Source of the DNA: an uncultured Acidimicrobiaceae bacterium
GTDB taxonomy: Bacteria; Actinomycetota; Acidimicrobiia; Acidimicrobiales; RAAP-2
Reading direction: 5' to 3'
NCBI GenBank assembly: GCA_963769095.1
Contig: CAVYKO010000009.1
Location: 15,510 to 79,509, forward strand
DNA length: 64,000 bases
Position 1 is the stretch's first letter; the number at the start of each line of letters is the position of its first letter. The position numbers and the translations under genes are program-made. Shown one piece after another: positions 10,440-21,113 of the stretch. Below the pieces are notes generated by a model. That model did not search any database. It was not told where the DNA came from and saw only the letters and a program-made list of their open reading frames with translations.

Positions 10440-11255
10440 GTGACCATCGCCCTTCCCCTGCCGACGACGACCCCTGCCGCTCGTTCGGATCGCGCCGGCT
10501 TCCGCCAGGCCGTTTCCGCCGAGGTGAGCAAGCTCGCCTCCTTGCGCTCGACGAAGTTGTTACTCGGCATCACGGTGCTGGGCACAATGCTCGTGACCTT
10601 CCTCTCGACGAACGGCGCGGCGCATCATCCGCGCCAGTGGTACCAAGGTTTCGGCTGGGACCCGACGAACCAGGCCATGGCCGGGCTCGCCATCGGGTCG
10701 CTCGCGCTGGGTGTCCTCGGAGTACTGGCCATCTGCGGCGAGTACGGGTCGGGGACGATGCGCTCGTCCCTCGCCGCCGTCCCGCGGCGCGAGACGCTGT
10801 TCGCCGCCAAAGCCACGGTCGTCGGCCTCGTCACCCTCGTGGTCGGCGAGATCATGAGCTTCGGCGCCTTCTTCTTCGGCCAGGCCATACTCTCGACCGG
10901 CGTTGCCCCCACGGCGCACCTCGGGCAGCCCGGCGTGCTGCGGGCCGTCGTCCTCACGGGCGCCTTCCTGAGCCTCTTTTCGCTCCTCGGGCTCGGGCTC
11001 GGCCTGATCATCCGTCACACGGCCGGTGCGATCGCCACCTTCGCCGGCGTGACCCTGCTGGCCCCGATCCTCCTCCACACTCTCTCCGGGCACCCCGACA
11101 AGTACACGCCGGCCATCATGTTCGCCCAATCGGTCGCCGCCGTCGTGCCGCAGGGCAACCAGGTTTCGGCAACAATCGGGTTCATGCTGATGGTGCTGTA
11201 TACCGTCGCTGCCCTCGCCGTCGGAGCGGTGGTGCTGATCAAGCGGGACGCATGA
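10440..11255 (+). CDS. ABC-2 family transporter permease
   Basis: ORF 10440..11255. Six hydrophobic helices and the CGEYGSGTMRSSLAAVPRR motif typical of ABC-2 permeases. It follows the ATPase directly. Confidence 0.85.
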   Translation: MTIALPLPTTTPAARSDRAGFRQAVSAEVSKLASLRSTKLLLGITVLGTMLVTFLSTNGAAHHPRQWYQGFGWDPTNQAMAGLAIGSLALGVLGVLAICGEYGSGTMRSSLAAVPRRETLFAAKATVVGLVTLVVGEIMSFGAFFFGQAILSTGVAPTAHLGQPGVLRAVVLTGAFLSLFSLLGLGLGLIIRHTAGAIATFAGVTLLAPILLHTLSGHPDKYTPAIMFAQSVAAVVPQGNQVSATIGFMLMVLYTVAALAVGAVVLIKRDA

Positions 11256-12662
11256 CGTTGGTCACCGAGGACGGCGAAACGCCGGCGCACCCGGAGGACG
11301 AGCCCAGGCACAAGACGGTTTCGCTGGGGGTCACGGACGAACAGGTCGCCAATTTGAAGGATCTCGGACGCCGGGTTCTCCGCGAGCCCTTCACCAAGCG
11401 TCCCTGGATGGAGCTTGCGTTCTTTCTCGTGAGCGGCGGTCTGGCCATCGTGGGCCTCGCCTTCGTCGGCGCCACGATGATCGCGGGCGTCGTGCTGGCG
11501 ATCACCTTCTTCGGGTTGGCCGTGCTCGCGCTGTCACTGCGCAGCGCGCGCGGCATCGGCCGCTGGCAACGCGACCTGGCGCACAACCTGCTGGGCGAGT
11601 CCATCGACGACCCGGGGCCCGTTCATCAGCCGCCCGGGGTTCTTCGGCTGGCTCCAGTCGGCCTTGCGCGATCGCGTCGGCTGGCGGTCCGTCGGGTACC
11701 TCTGCGTCAAGGTGCCCTGGGCGGGCCTCGGCGTGTACGTGGCGTTCAGCCTGTGGTGGGACGCCATCTTCTGCCTGCTCAACCCTCTCTTCGGCAACGG
11801 CGGCAATCCCCCCGTCTGGGGATTTGTGCAGAACGTCTTCCTGCCCGACGCCCTGACCCAGGCACCGCGCGACTTCTTCCACACCGTCGGGACGTTCGTT
11901 CTCGGGGCCATCCTTCTCTTCGCCGCCCCGTGGGTCATGCGCGGCTTCGTCGCCGTGGACAAGCTCCTCATCCGCGCGCTGCTCGGCCCGGACCCCATCG
12001 CCACCCGCGTCCGCTCGCTCGAGAAGGCGAGGACCCACACGGTCGACGCGTCGGCCGCGACGTTGCGACGCATCGAGCGCGACCTGCACGACGGCACGCA
12101 GGCGCAGCTGGTCGCCCTGGCCATGCGGCTCGGCATGGCGAAGGAGAAGCTCGAAGAACCCGACCCCGACAGCATCGACCTCGACCGCGTCCGCAGGCTG
12201 GTCGACGAGGCGCACCGGGGCGCCAAGGAGGCCATCGCCGAGCTCCGCGACATCGCCCGGGGCATCCACCCCCCGGCGCTCGATATCGGTCTGGAGGGCG
12301 CCCTGGCCACGCTGGCCTCACGCAGCGCGATCCCGACCGAGCTCAGCTTCGACGTGCACGCGCGGCCGACCGCCGCCATCGAGGCCATCGCCTACTACTG
12401 CGTCGCCGAATTGCTGGCCAACGTGGCGCAGCACGCGCACGCGTCGCGGGCCACGGTGTCCTGCGCACAGCAGGGCATGTGGCTGCGCCTGGTGGTGCGC
12501 GACGACGGGCGGGGCGGAGCGCGCCTGTCCACCGTGGGGTCGACATCGAGCGGCCTGACCGGGTTGACCGATCGGGTGCGCACCGTCGACGGCCGCCTCG
12601 ACCTGGTGAGCCCGGCCGGCGGCCCCACCGTGGTGACCGTCGACCTCCCGCTCTCGGTCTGA
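11252..12662 (+). CDS. Sensor histidine kinase, HisKA_3 (NarL-partner) class (apparent frameshift near 11617)
   Basis: ATG 11252 overlaps the permease stop (ATGA). The N-terminal TM region lies inside ORF 10637..13318 and the rest is ORF 11664..12662. H-box RIERDLHDGTQAQLVAL, HATPase part YYCVAELLANVAQHA and GLTGLTDRV. The shift sits in a CCGGGGCCC run. Confidence 0.85.
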
Positions 12663-13318
12663 TGGTCGGCGCACTGCGGGTCGCCATCGCCGAGGACTCG
12701 GCCATCCTCCGCGACGGCCTCGTGCAGCTTCTCGTCGATCGCGGGTTCGTGATCACCGGCGCCGTCGGCGAGCCGGTCGCGCTGCGCAGCTCCATCGCGC
12801 AGAATCCACCCGACGTCGCGGTGATCGACATTCGGATGCCCCCGACCTTCACCGACGAAGGGCTGCGGCTCGCCCTCGAGCTCCGGGCTAAGCACGAGGG
12901 CCTCGGCATCCTGCTCTTCTCCCAGTACATCGAGACCCGCTACGCCGCTGACCTGCTGGCCGACGATGCCGCGGGCATCGGCTACCTGCTCAAGGACCGG
13001 GTGGCCGACGTCAGCGACTTCGTCGAGGCGCTCGAGCGCGTCGCCATAGGAGGTACCGCCTTGGATCCCGAAGTGGTCACCCAGCTCATCGGCGCCACAC
13101 GGCGCTCCGACACCTTGTCGGTGTTGACGGCCCGCGAGCGCGAGGTGCTCGCGCTCATGGCGGAGGGCCGCTCCAACGCGGCGATCGCCCACGCGCTGGT
13201 CATCAGCGAAGGCGCCGTCGAGAAGCACGTCGCGAACATCTTCGCCAAGCTCGATCTCCCTGTCTCGGACAAGGATCACCGGCGGGTGCTGGCCGTCCTC
13301 CGCTTCCTCGAGTCCTGA
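12662..13318 (+). CDS. Response regulator, NarL/LuxR family
   Basis: ATG 12662 overlaps the kinase stop (TGATG). Receiver domain (VAIAEDSAILRDGL, DVAVIDIRMP) plus LuxR HTH (LTAREREVLALMAEGRSNAAIAHALVISEGAVEKHVANIFAKL). It is the tail of ORF 10637..13318. Confidence 0.92.
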   Translation: MVGALRVAIAEDSAILRDGLVQLLVDRGFVITGAVGEPVALRSSIAQNPPDVAVIDIRMPPTFTDEGLRLALELRAKHEGLGILLFSQYIETRYAADLLADDAAGIGYLLKDRVADVSDFVEALERVAIGGTALDPEVVTQLIGATRRSDTLSVLTAREREVLALMAEGRSNAAIAHALVISEGAVEKHVANIFAKLDLPVSDKDHRRVLAVLRFLES

Positions 13319-13320
13319 CG

Positions 13321-14485
13321 TCAGGGCGCGACGGAGGCGCCATGCGCGTCGTAGGTCCGTCCCTGCACGACGGCCAGCTCGCGACCGGCGTTTAGCTGGA
13401 AGGGGCTGATGCCACCCTGCTGCCACGGGCCGACCGACCCCGCCGCCAGCGCCTCGGACGACTTGGGCACCAGGTGGAACCGTCTCCGCAGCTCCGCGCA
13501 GGACTGGTGCGCCACAGAGAACCAGTCCATCTTCAGGAAGTCGATGCTGTCCGAGCCGGTGACGTCGTCGTGGCACAGCGCGCCGCGCCGCATGGCGTCG
13601 GACAGCCGCTCGGCCATGTGCGGGCTCGACGAGAAGTGGCCGGGGGACGACTGGAAGAGGCCCGCCCCCGTGGCCAGGTAGCCGGTCTCGAACAAAGAGA
13701 TCACCATGGCCAGCAACGAGAAGGCATGTAGGTCGTCGTTGGCCCGCGCGATCAAGCCGAACACCTCGACTTCGCACTCGACGGTCGTGCCGTACTCGCC
13801 GAGTACGTGCACCCAGTCGTGCTGGGCCAGGAGCGGCGGCGCCGACCCGGCGGTGCCCGGGAAGGTGAAGCCGCGTGACTGGTACATCTCCCACACGCCG
13901 CGTCCGATCGAGTCTGCGGGCAGGTGCTCGAGCGCAGCCCACCGGGCGGCCAGCTCCGGGTCGTTGACCGAGAACTCCCAGGCGTCGTGGAGGACGCGCG
14001 TCGAGTGCAGCGACGGTCGCCGAATCCTCCTCGTGCCAGGTGCCCTCGTAGCCGCTCCGGATGAAGTCGTGCGCCGCCAGACCCAACGACCCGTGGGCGA
14101 ATTCCCGCGCCACCTCGACCATGCCCTCCTCGACGCCGAGCTCGCACGCAAAGGCCGCAACGTTCTCGGCCACGTCGTCGGGGATCGGGTGCCGCACCAG
14201 CGCGCACAGCAGCATGACCTGCACCGCATGCGCCCGGAACCCCTGGTCGCGCCGCGCCAGCGCGGCGGCGAACTCGGCGGGCGTCAGCGTCGGACGGTCG
14301 TCCAGCGTCACGTGGTGGCCCGTCATTGCGTAAAACAGCGCCTCGATCAGGGCCCGCTGAATCGGGACCAGCCCCTGCGCTCCGGCCACGGCCGAGGCGG
14401 TCCCGTCCGCGAACGTCTGCGCCTCGGCTGCATCGGGCGGCTGCAGGTTCACCGTCTCGGCCGTGGGCAGGGGGACCGGAGTCAC
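13321..14485 (-). CDS. Hypothetical protein with HDxxH-x11-E motif (Coq4-like metal site?), apparent frameshift near 14010
   Basis: The C-terminal part is ORF 13321..14229(-). The N-terminal part (VTPVPLPTAETVNLQ...IRSGYEGTWHEEDS) lies inside ORF 12395..14803(-). GTG 14485 overlaps the upstream stop (GTGA). The motif HDWVHVLGEYGTTVECEVEVFG resembles the Coq4 zinc motif. The family call is tentative. Confidence 0.6.
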
Positions 14486-15180
14486 GACCGGCTGAGCCGT
14501 TCGAGGCCGGTGCGGATGAACGCGGCGCAGTCCGCCGCGTCCCGCACGTCCGACCGGGCCAACGCGGCGCCGAACGGCGCGTTCCAATAGCCGTCGTCGC
14601 CGGGCCGGGCCGGCCCTTGCGGCCCCACATACAGGTAGGGCTCGTCGGAGAACGCATCGCCCGCGGAGAACCCGAGGTTCACCGGGTCGCCGGCCCCGAG
14701 GTCGAGCGCGGTCCCGACGTCGAAGTGCTCGGGCCACAGCTGCACCGTGGTCTGGGCGCACGGTCCCGGCCGCTCGGCGGCCACCTGGTCGAGGACCCGC
14801 CACCCGAGGTCGAACCAGGAGAAGAGGTCGTCCAGCTCCCCGGCGTCGAGTTCGAGCGGCTCGTCGGTCGGGCCCAGGGCCGGCATGCCCGCGCCGGCGG
14901 AGAACGTCGCGCCGAGGTCGGCCCCCGCGAAGTCGGCCAGCGTCGCCAGCGTCGCGCCGGCCAGCGCCAGGCCGCTCGACTCGGAGCCCACCTCGCGGAC
15001 CAGGCAGGCCGACGTCACCCGCAGGACCTCGGGCTCGGGCCCGTAGGCGGGCGTCGCGATGCCGCCCGGGCTCGCCCGCAACCCGAAGTGCCCGCTGACG
15101 GCGTTGCGGCGGCGCCCGAGCACGTGCGCCGCCAGGCGGTGCAGGTCGCTGCGCGTCCGCGTCCTCCCCATATCAGTCAC
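14482..15180 (-). CDS. Conserved hypothetical protein
   Basis: ORF 14482..15180(-). Codon usage is protein-like. Its GTG start overlaps the upstream stop and its stop overlaps the downstream start (GTGA both times). I recognised no motif. Confidence 0.65.
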   Translation of the reverse strand: MTDMGRTRTRSDLHRLAAHVLGRRRNAVSGHFGLRASPGGIATPAYGPEPEVLRVTSACLVREVGSESSGLALAGATLATLADFAGADLGATFSAGAGMPALGPTDEPLELDAGELDDLFSWFDLGWRVLDQVAAERPGPCAQTTVQLWPEHFDVGTALDLGAGDPVNLGFSAGDAFSDEPYLYVGPQGPARPGDDGYWNAPFGAALARSDVRDAADCAAFIRTGLERLSRS

Positions 15181-16303
15181 GGAGAGTAACGGCGGCGGCG
15201 CGTCGAGCGCGACAGTGCCTTTCTCCTGGCCTCGTTCACCTCTTCGGCCACGGTCTCCTCGGCCGAGTGACCCCAGAACCCGTGCGGTGCCGCGAGGAAG
15301 TCGATGAGGACGCTCGAGCTCGTCGCCGTACGTCGACGCGCAGCGCCTGCAGGTCGGCCCACGCCTGCGCCTTGTCCCGCAGCGGCAGTCCCGTCGCCAC
15401 GAGTTGCGCCCAGGCCAGGTCGAAGTTGGCCTCGTTGAGCCACGAGACCGACGGCGGCCCCGTCGGGACGTGCAGGCGGGCCGAGATCTCGATCACCGCC
15501 CGCCGTCCCCTCCGGTACAGGAAGTACGGCTCCCGGATCGCCGCCCCCTCGATGCAGGCCGAGGTCAGCGTCGCCGCGTCCGTCACCACGCCCAGCGCGG
15601 TGATCCACGACTGGCCGGCGTGCTGGGAGCGGAACAGCGCGAGCATCGGGTGGGACACATGGCTCTCGAGGACGTCGGCCGTCCACAGCTCCCACTCCGA
15701 GAACGACCGATACAGCAGTTCGACGTCGCCGCCCGGCGCATTGAGCGCGATGACCCGCACCGGCGTGATCCGCCCGCCCAGGGGGTCGTCGAGCGTGAGC
15801 AGCCGGGACTCCCGCCGCGAGTACGAGCCGTACAGCGCGGGCAGGTACGAGATCATCAACGCAATCGTCACCACGCCCGTGAGCGTCTCGAGCAGCGTCA
15901 GCAGCCGGACCAGCCCGCCGTGGGCCGAGCCGAACACCGGGGTGACCAACGACGTGCCGGCGTAGTAGACGAGCGCGCCGAACTCCCGGGTCCCGCCGAG
16001 CGTCTGGTCGAGGCCCCAGTAGACCAACGACCAGCCGACCATGAGGCCGGCCAGCCACAGCACCAACAACCCCAGCAGCGACAGCGCTGGATACACGTTG
16101 AGCACGTACTCGCCGGCCCGGTCCGGGAGCCGGGCCGCCACCGCCCGGGTCCCTCGCCACGTCAGGGCGTAGAAGATCCTGGTCGGGCGCCACGGCCCGC
16201 TGCTGCCCTGGGTGACGATCAGGGTGGCGACCGCGTCGCTGAGCATCCCGACGATGAGGACCACGCCGCCCACCGCGGCCAGGACCCTGAGGAACTCCGT
16301 CAT
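15177..16303 (-). CDS. Integral membrane protein with pore-loop-like segment (ion-channel-like?), apparent frameshift near 15320
   Basis: ORF 15236..16429(-) read from internal ATG 16303 (MTEFLRVLAAVGGVVLIVG). It has several TM helices and a YYAGTSLVTPVFGS segment. The C-terminus (SSVLIDFLAAPHGFWGHSAEE...) continues in ORF 15177..16313(-), whose stop overlaps the next start. Confidence 0.6.
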
Positions 16304-16479
16304 GTACGGGCACACTTTAGGGAGCCCCGAGCGCCGCCCGATCGCTCTATTGTCCGAGGGTGCATCGGGGTTGCTTGCCAAATCCGTCGCGAAATGGTCT
16401 AACTCTGTTCGAGCGCTCGTCGAATTCACATTGGCGTCACATCACCGTCGTCGGGCGCGAAGGCGGGTAAGAAGAGGGG

Positions 16480-17490
16480 GTGATGAGGGTGATCCGTGGG
16501 GGGGTCGTACAGCCGTCCATCGGCCTGGTGCTCGGCGCCGGCGGTGTGGTCGGGCAGGCCTACCAGGCCGGCGTCCTCGCCGCCCTCGAACGGGAGATCG
16601 GCTGGGACCCCCGTTCCGCCACCGTGATCGTCGGCACCTCGGCCGGGTCGGTCACCGGGGCCGCCCTGCGCGTCGGCGTCCCGGCCACGGATCTGGCCGC
16701 CTCGCTCTACGGCGTCCCTACTTCCCGGAGGGGTGGCGCCATCCTCCGCCAGATCCTCCCGTCCGACTCCGGCCCGCTGCCGACGCCGACGGTCCGCTCG
16801 ATCTTGCGGCCGTGGAACCTGCCGTCGCCCGCGCTCCTCACCCGGGCGGCCCGACGCCCGCTCGCGTTCCGGCCCGACGTCGCCGCTATGACCCTCGTCC
16901 CGCGCGGACGCCTCGACATCTCCGAGCGCGCCCGCGGCCTCGATGACCTCATCGGCGAGCGCTGGCCCGACGGCCTGCGTATCTGCGCCGTGCGCCGTTC
17001 CGACGGCGCCCGTGTCGTCTTCGGGCGCCCCGCCTCCCCTCCGACCCGCCTCGCCCCGGCCGTCCTCGCCTCGTGTGCGATCCCGGGCTACTTCCAGCCC
17101 GTCACGATCAACGGGACCGAGTACATCGACGGCGGCGTGCACTCGGTCACCAATGCCGACGCGCTGCGGTCCGACGAGCTCGACCTGGTCGTCGTCGTGT
17201 CCTCGATGTCGGCCGCCCATGGCAGCGCCAACGGAGCCGACGGCTGGCTGCGGCGCACCGTGCACCGCCGGATGGAGCGCGAGATCGCCCGGCTCGAGCT
17301 CGCCGGCACCGCCGTCATCAGCCTGGAGCCGGGGGGCGAGTCCCGCCGCGTCATGGGGCTGCGGGCCATGGCCGAGGACCGTGCGCCCCGGGTGATCGAG
17401 GCGGCCTACGAGGAGACGCGCCAGCGGGTGCTCGCGTCGCCGTTCCTGGCCACCCTGGGCGAGCCGGCGCCGGCCGCCTCCGCGGGCTGA
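16480..17490 (+). CDS. Patatin-like phospholipase
   Basis: ORF 16480..17490. Oxyanion GLVLGAGGVVG, nucleophile elbow GTSAG, catalytic DGG (YIDGGVHS). Confidence 0.88.
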   Translation: MMRVIRGGVVQPSIGLVLGAGGVVGQAYQAGVLAALEREIGWDPRSATVIVGTSAGSVTGAALRVGVPATDLAASLYGVPTSRRGGAILRQILPSDSGPLPTPTVRSILRPWNLPSPALLTRAARRPLAFRPDVAAMTLVPRGRLDISERARGLDDLIGERWPDGLRICAVRRSDGARVVFGRPASPPTRLAPAVLASCAIPGYFQPVTINGTEYIDGGVHSVTNADALRSDELDLVVVVSSMSAAHGSANGADGWLRRTVHRRMEREIARLELAGTAVISLEPGGESRRVMGLRAMAEDRAPRVIEAAYEETRQRVLASPFLATLGEPAPAASAG

Positions 17491-17536
17491 CCCCGACACC
17501 CGGTAGTAGCTTCGGGGCCGAGACGAAGGAGGGCCC

Positions 17537-18932
17537 ATGGGTCCTGACCGCTTGAGCCCGCTGGACGCATCGTTCCTGCACATCGAGGACGGCGTGTCGC
17601 ACATGCACATCGCGTCGGTCGCCATCTTCGAGGGCCCGGTGCCGCCGTTCGCCGACATCGTCGAGATGGTCGACGCCAAGCTCGACCTGGTGCCGCGGTA
17701 CCGCCAGAAGGTGAAGTTCGTCCCGTTCGAGCTGGGGCGTCCGGTGTGGGTCGACGACCCGCACTTCAACATCGAGTACCACCTGCGGCACACGGCGCTG
17801 CCTGCGCCCGGGGGCGAGACCGAGCTGCGCAAGCTCGTCGGCCGGGTCATGTCCCAGCAGCTCGACCGCTCCAAGCCGCTGTGGGAGATCTGGGTCGTCG
17901 ACGGGCTCGAGGACGGGCGCTGGGCCATGTTGTCCAAGACGCACCACGCGCTCGTCGACGGGGTGGCGGGCACCGACCTGCTCGCGGTGATCATGGACCT
18001 CAGTCCCGACGCGACCCGTCCCGAGCATGCGTCGGAGTGGGCGCCGCACGCGGAGCCGTCGGGCGTCGACCTGATGGTCGAGGCGCTCGAGAACATGGTG
18101 CGCTCCCCCTACGAGCAGCTGCGGGCGGCCCGGGCGCAGACCCGTCTCGTGCGCCAGGTCGCGGCGTACGTCGGCGAGGTGGCGAGCGGCGTATTCGCGC
18201 TGAGCGGCCTGGTGCGGCCGACGCCCCTCTCCAGCCTCAACGGCCCGCTGGGGCCGCATCGCCGCTACGCCTGGGCGACGACGTCGGTCGAGGACATCAA
18301 GTCGGTCCGCAAGGAGCTGGGGGGCACGTTCAACGACGTCGTACTGGCCTGTATCACCAACGGCTTCCGCGAGCTGCTGTTGGCCCGGGACGAGGACGTC
18401 GAGCGCGTCGTGCGCACACTGGTGCCGGTGTCGGTGCGCCCCCGCGACGACGTCGGGCAAGGCGGTCGGCGACGGCACCTTCGAGAACAAGGTGTCGGCG
18501 ATGTTCGCCGAGCTGCCGGTGGAGATCGACGACCCCGTCATGCGCCTGGCCGCCATCACCGACCAGATGAAGGACCTCAAGGAATCGAAGCAGGCGATGG
18601 CCGGCGAGGCGCTGACGTCCATGTCGGGCTTCGCGCCGCCGATGTTGCTCGCCCTCGGGATGCGCCTCGCGACCCGGGCCGGGCAACGCAACGTCAACAC
18701 CGTCACGACGAACGTCCCGGGGCCGCAGTTCCCGCTGTACGCAGCGGGTCGGCGCATGCTGCGGGCGTTCCCCTACGTGCCGCTCGGCGGGCAGATCCGC
18801 CTCGGCATCGCCATCTTCTCCTACGACGGCGAGGTCAACTTCGGGATCACCGGCGACTACGACACGACGCCCGACATCGACGTGCTGGCGCACGGGATCG
18901 AGGACGGGATGGCGCAGCTGCTCAAGGCTTGA
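17537..18932 (+). CDS. Wax ester synthase/diacylglycerol acyltransferase (WS/DGAT) (apparent frameshift near 18457)
   Basis: ORF 17537..18973 shows the HHALVDG active-site motif and the conserved LNGPLGPHRRY segment. The C-terminal part (VSAMFAELPVEIDDP...NVPGPQFPLY...) is ORF 18492..18932. The shift sits in a GGG run. Confidence 0.88.
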
Positions 18933-19414
18933 CGTCGAGGTCGGGGATCGTCAGCACCTCGGCCGCGAAGTAGTTGCGCAGGCCCGACACGATCACCTTC
19001 TCGACCGAACGGCCCAGCACGGGCACGTGCACCTTGAGCTCGCCCTCGATCCCCACGACCGCACCGTCGCCGCCCCGGCTCGAAGCGGTACACGCCGCTG
19101 GCGCTCAGCCGGTCGGGGTAGTGGTCCGGCAGGACCCGCCAGTCGCCCCGGGCCTCGTCGGGCTTGAGCTCGTTGCGGGTGATCCACGTCATCTTGTTGT
19201 GGTCGATCAGCTTCTGGACGGCGGGGGAGATGGGGCCCCGGAACGCGAACCGGATCTCCATCAGGACCCGGGACCCGGTGTCCTCGTGGCGCACCAGCTC
19301 CAGGACCTCGATGTGGTCCCGCACCGGCCGGCCCTCGTAGAACGCCGGCGAGCCGTAGGCGGCCATGGCCCGCGCCGGCGAGACCGCGACGGCCTGTTGG
19401 TTGGTGAACTTCAC
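18922..19414 (-). CDS. SRPBCC-fold / DUF2505-like protein (apparent frameshift near 19073)
   Basis: GTG 19414 overlaps the upstream stop (GTGA). VKFTNQQAVAVSPARAMAAYGSPAFYEG... lies inside ORF 18857..19912(-). After ...VYRFEPG the frame changes and reads GDGAVVVGIEGELKVHVPVLGRSVEKVIVSGLRNYF...DVKP-stop at 18922. Confidence 0.6.
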
Positions 19415-19905
19415 GCCGGTCTGGTGGGCGGCAGCCCGAGCTTGCGGTGGTCCCAGCTGACCGTCCGCGCCACGTGCAGCTTCACCGCAACCCGCTTGTG
19501 CAGCATCGTCTCGAGGAACGGCTTGAGGTCGTCGGAGTAGGCGCCGTAGTAGCGCTCGAAGACGCTGACGCCGAGCTGCCACAGCCGGTCCGGGTCGTCG
19601 ATCACCTCCGCCTGGCCGACCAACTCGACGCCGCGCAATTCCTCGTAGTAGTCGCCGTCCTCGAACAACAGCGTCAAGCGCGGGTCGCGCCGCAGGTTCT
19701 GCACCTTCTGCGACTTCGCCTTCGTCTCGACCGCGATCGCGCCTTCCAAGAAGCCGTACCACATCGCCACCGCGTGGATGGAGCCGTCGGGCGCGAGAGA
19801 GCACATCGTCATCGGCCGACGCTCGGCGAGGAACGCGTCCACCTCGTCGGGCGTCATCGCTATGGCCTTGCGCTGGTTCACCCCGTGGCCCATGGCCTCG
19901 GTCAT
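19411..19905 (-). CDS. Pyridoxamine-phosphate-oxidase-family (split beta-barrel, likely F420/FMN-binding) protein
   Basis: ORF 19411..19968(-) read from internal ATG 19905. MTPDEVDAFLAERRPMTMCSLAPDGSIHAVAMWY and KSQKVQNLRRDPRLTLL are typical of the PPOX class. Confidence 0.75.
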   Translation of the reverse strand: MTEAMGHGVNQRKAIAMTPDEVDAFLAERRPMTMCSLAPDGSIHAVAMWYGFLEGAIAVETKAKSQKVQNLRRDPRLTLLFEDGDYYEELRGVELVGQAEVIDDPDRLWQLGVSVFERYYGAYSDDLKPFLETMLHKRVAVKLHVARTVSWDHRKLGLPPTRPA

Positions 19906-20321
19906 CGGGCACCTCCCGGCTCGGACTCGTCGTGTCCGGCGAGCGTAATGCTGGGCGCGGGAACGCAACGAGAAGAGTTCATCTGGAGAACACTTTTCGG
20001 TTGCGCCCGTTTCACAGCCCGTTCACCTCGGCTTTCTAGCGTGACCCCTGATGGCGACCGTGGATCAGCACATGGACCACGCCGGCGGGGCTCGCCCCGG
20101 GACCGGACGCCGTCACGGCCGGGACACCCTGGCCGAGGTCATCATGATCCGACCGGCACGTTCCGGGCTCCTCGGGTCGTTGGTCACCATGGCGCGGGGC
20201 TTCGCCTCCCCGCGTGTCCAGGCGACGCCGGTGCGATCTACCCCCCGTCGGCCGTCGTCGCCTGCCCTTCGTCCGTTCGAACCCCAGTTCCCCCACGACG
20301 CTGCCTGACACGGAGCACAGC

Positions 20322-21068
20322 GTGGCGATCGCGAACGCACCGGCCACCTCCAGCCGGCCCCCACTCACCGGGCCCTCACGGGACAACCGGCCCCTGGTCC
20401 TGGTGGTCGACGACGAGGAGTCGTATCGACAAGCTCTCGCGTCGGGCCTGACCCGGGAGGGCTTCACCGTCGAGGCGGCGGGCGACGGGCACGAGGCGCT
20501 CCGCCTCTTCCACCGGGTGCACCCCGACCTCGTCCTCCTGGACGTCATGCTGCCCGACCAGTCCGGGATCGAGATCTGCCAGCAGATGCGCGCCCTCAAG
20601 CCGGTGCCGATCATCATGGTCACGGCCCGCGACTCCGAGGTCGACATCGTCCTCGGCCTCGAGCTCGGCGCCAGCGACTACGTCGCCAAGCCGTTTCGCC
20701 TGCGCGAGCTGGTGGCGCGGATGCGGGCGGTGCTGCGGCGGGGCGTCGCCGTGGCCGAGCACCACGAAGAGGTGCTCGCCGTGGGCCCGGTCCGCCTCGA
20801 TGCGGGTCGCCGTGAGGTCACCGTCGACGAGACCGCCGTCGACCTGTCCCGCAAGGAGTTCGACCTCCTGGCGCTCCTCATGTCGCACAGCGGCCAGGTC
20901 GTGACCCGCGACTGGTGCATCGACCGGCTCTGGTGGGACCAGGAGCTGACCGACACCCGCACGCTGGACACCCACATCAAGCGGCTGCGCCGCAAGATCG
21001 AGCCCGACCCGGCCAATCCCCGCCACCTCGTCACGGTCCGGGGCGTGGGCTTCCGCTTCGAGGCCTGA
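20322..21068 (+). CDS. Response regulator, OmpR/PhoB family (no kinase gene adjacent)
   Basis: ORF 20214..21068. Receiver domain (LVLVVDDEES, DLVLLDVMLPDQSG, DYVAKPF) and winged helix (LSRKEFDLLALL, TLDTHIKRLRRKIE, TVRGVGFRF). The start is uncertain; GTG 20322 is preferred over 20214. Confidence 0.88.
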   Translation: MAIANAPATSSRPPLTGPSRDNRPLVLVVDDEESYRQALASGLTREGFTVEAAGDGHEALRLFHRVHPDLVLLDVMLPDQSGIEICQQMRALKPVPIIMVTARDSEVDIVLGLELGASDYVAKPFRLRELVARMRAVLRRGVAVAEHHEEVLAVGPVRLDAGRREVTVDETAVDLSRKEFDLLALLMSHSGQVVTRDWCIDRLWWDQELTDTRTLDTHIKRLRRKIEPDPANPRHLVTVRGVGFRFEA

Positions 21069-21113
21069 CCCCCGCCGGGCACGACCAACCGCCGTTCGCT
21101 CTACATTGAGCGG

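Noticed and set aside
10637-13318. 893-aa plus-strand ORF
   Set aside because: It is a composite of an off-frame read of the ABC-2 permease, the kinase N-terminus, an off-frame read of the kinase body and the real response regulator. Only the last 218 codons and codons ~206-330 are genuine.
12395-14803. 802-aa minus-strand ORF
   Set aside because: Only the stretch ~14010-14485 is real, being the N-terminus of the HDxxH protein. The remainder is off-frame or antisense to the kinase and regulator genes.
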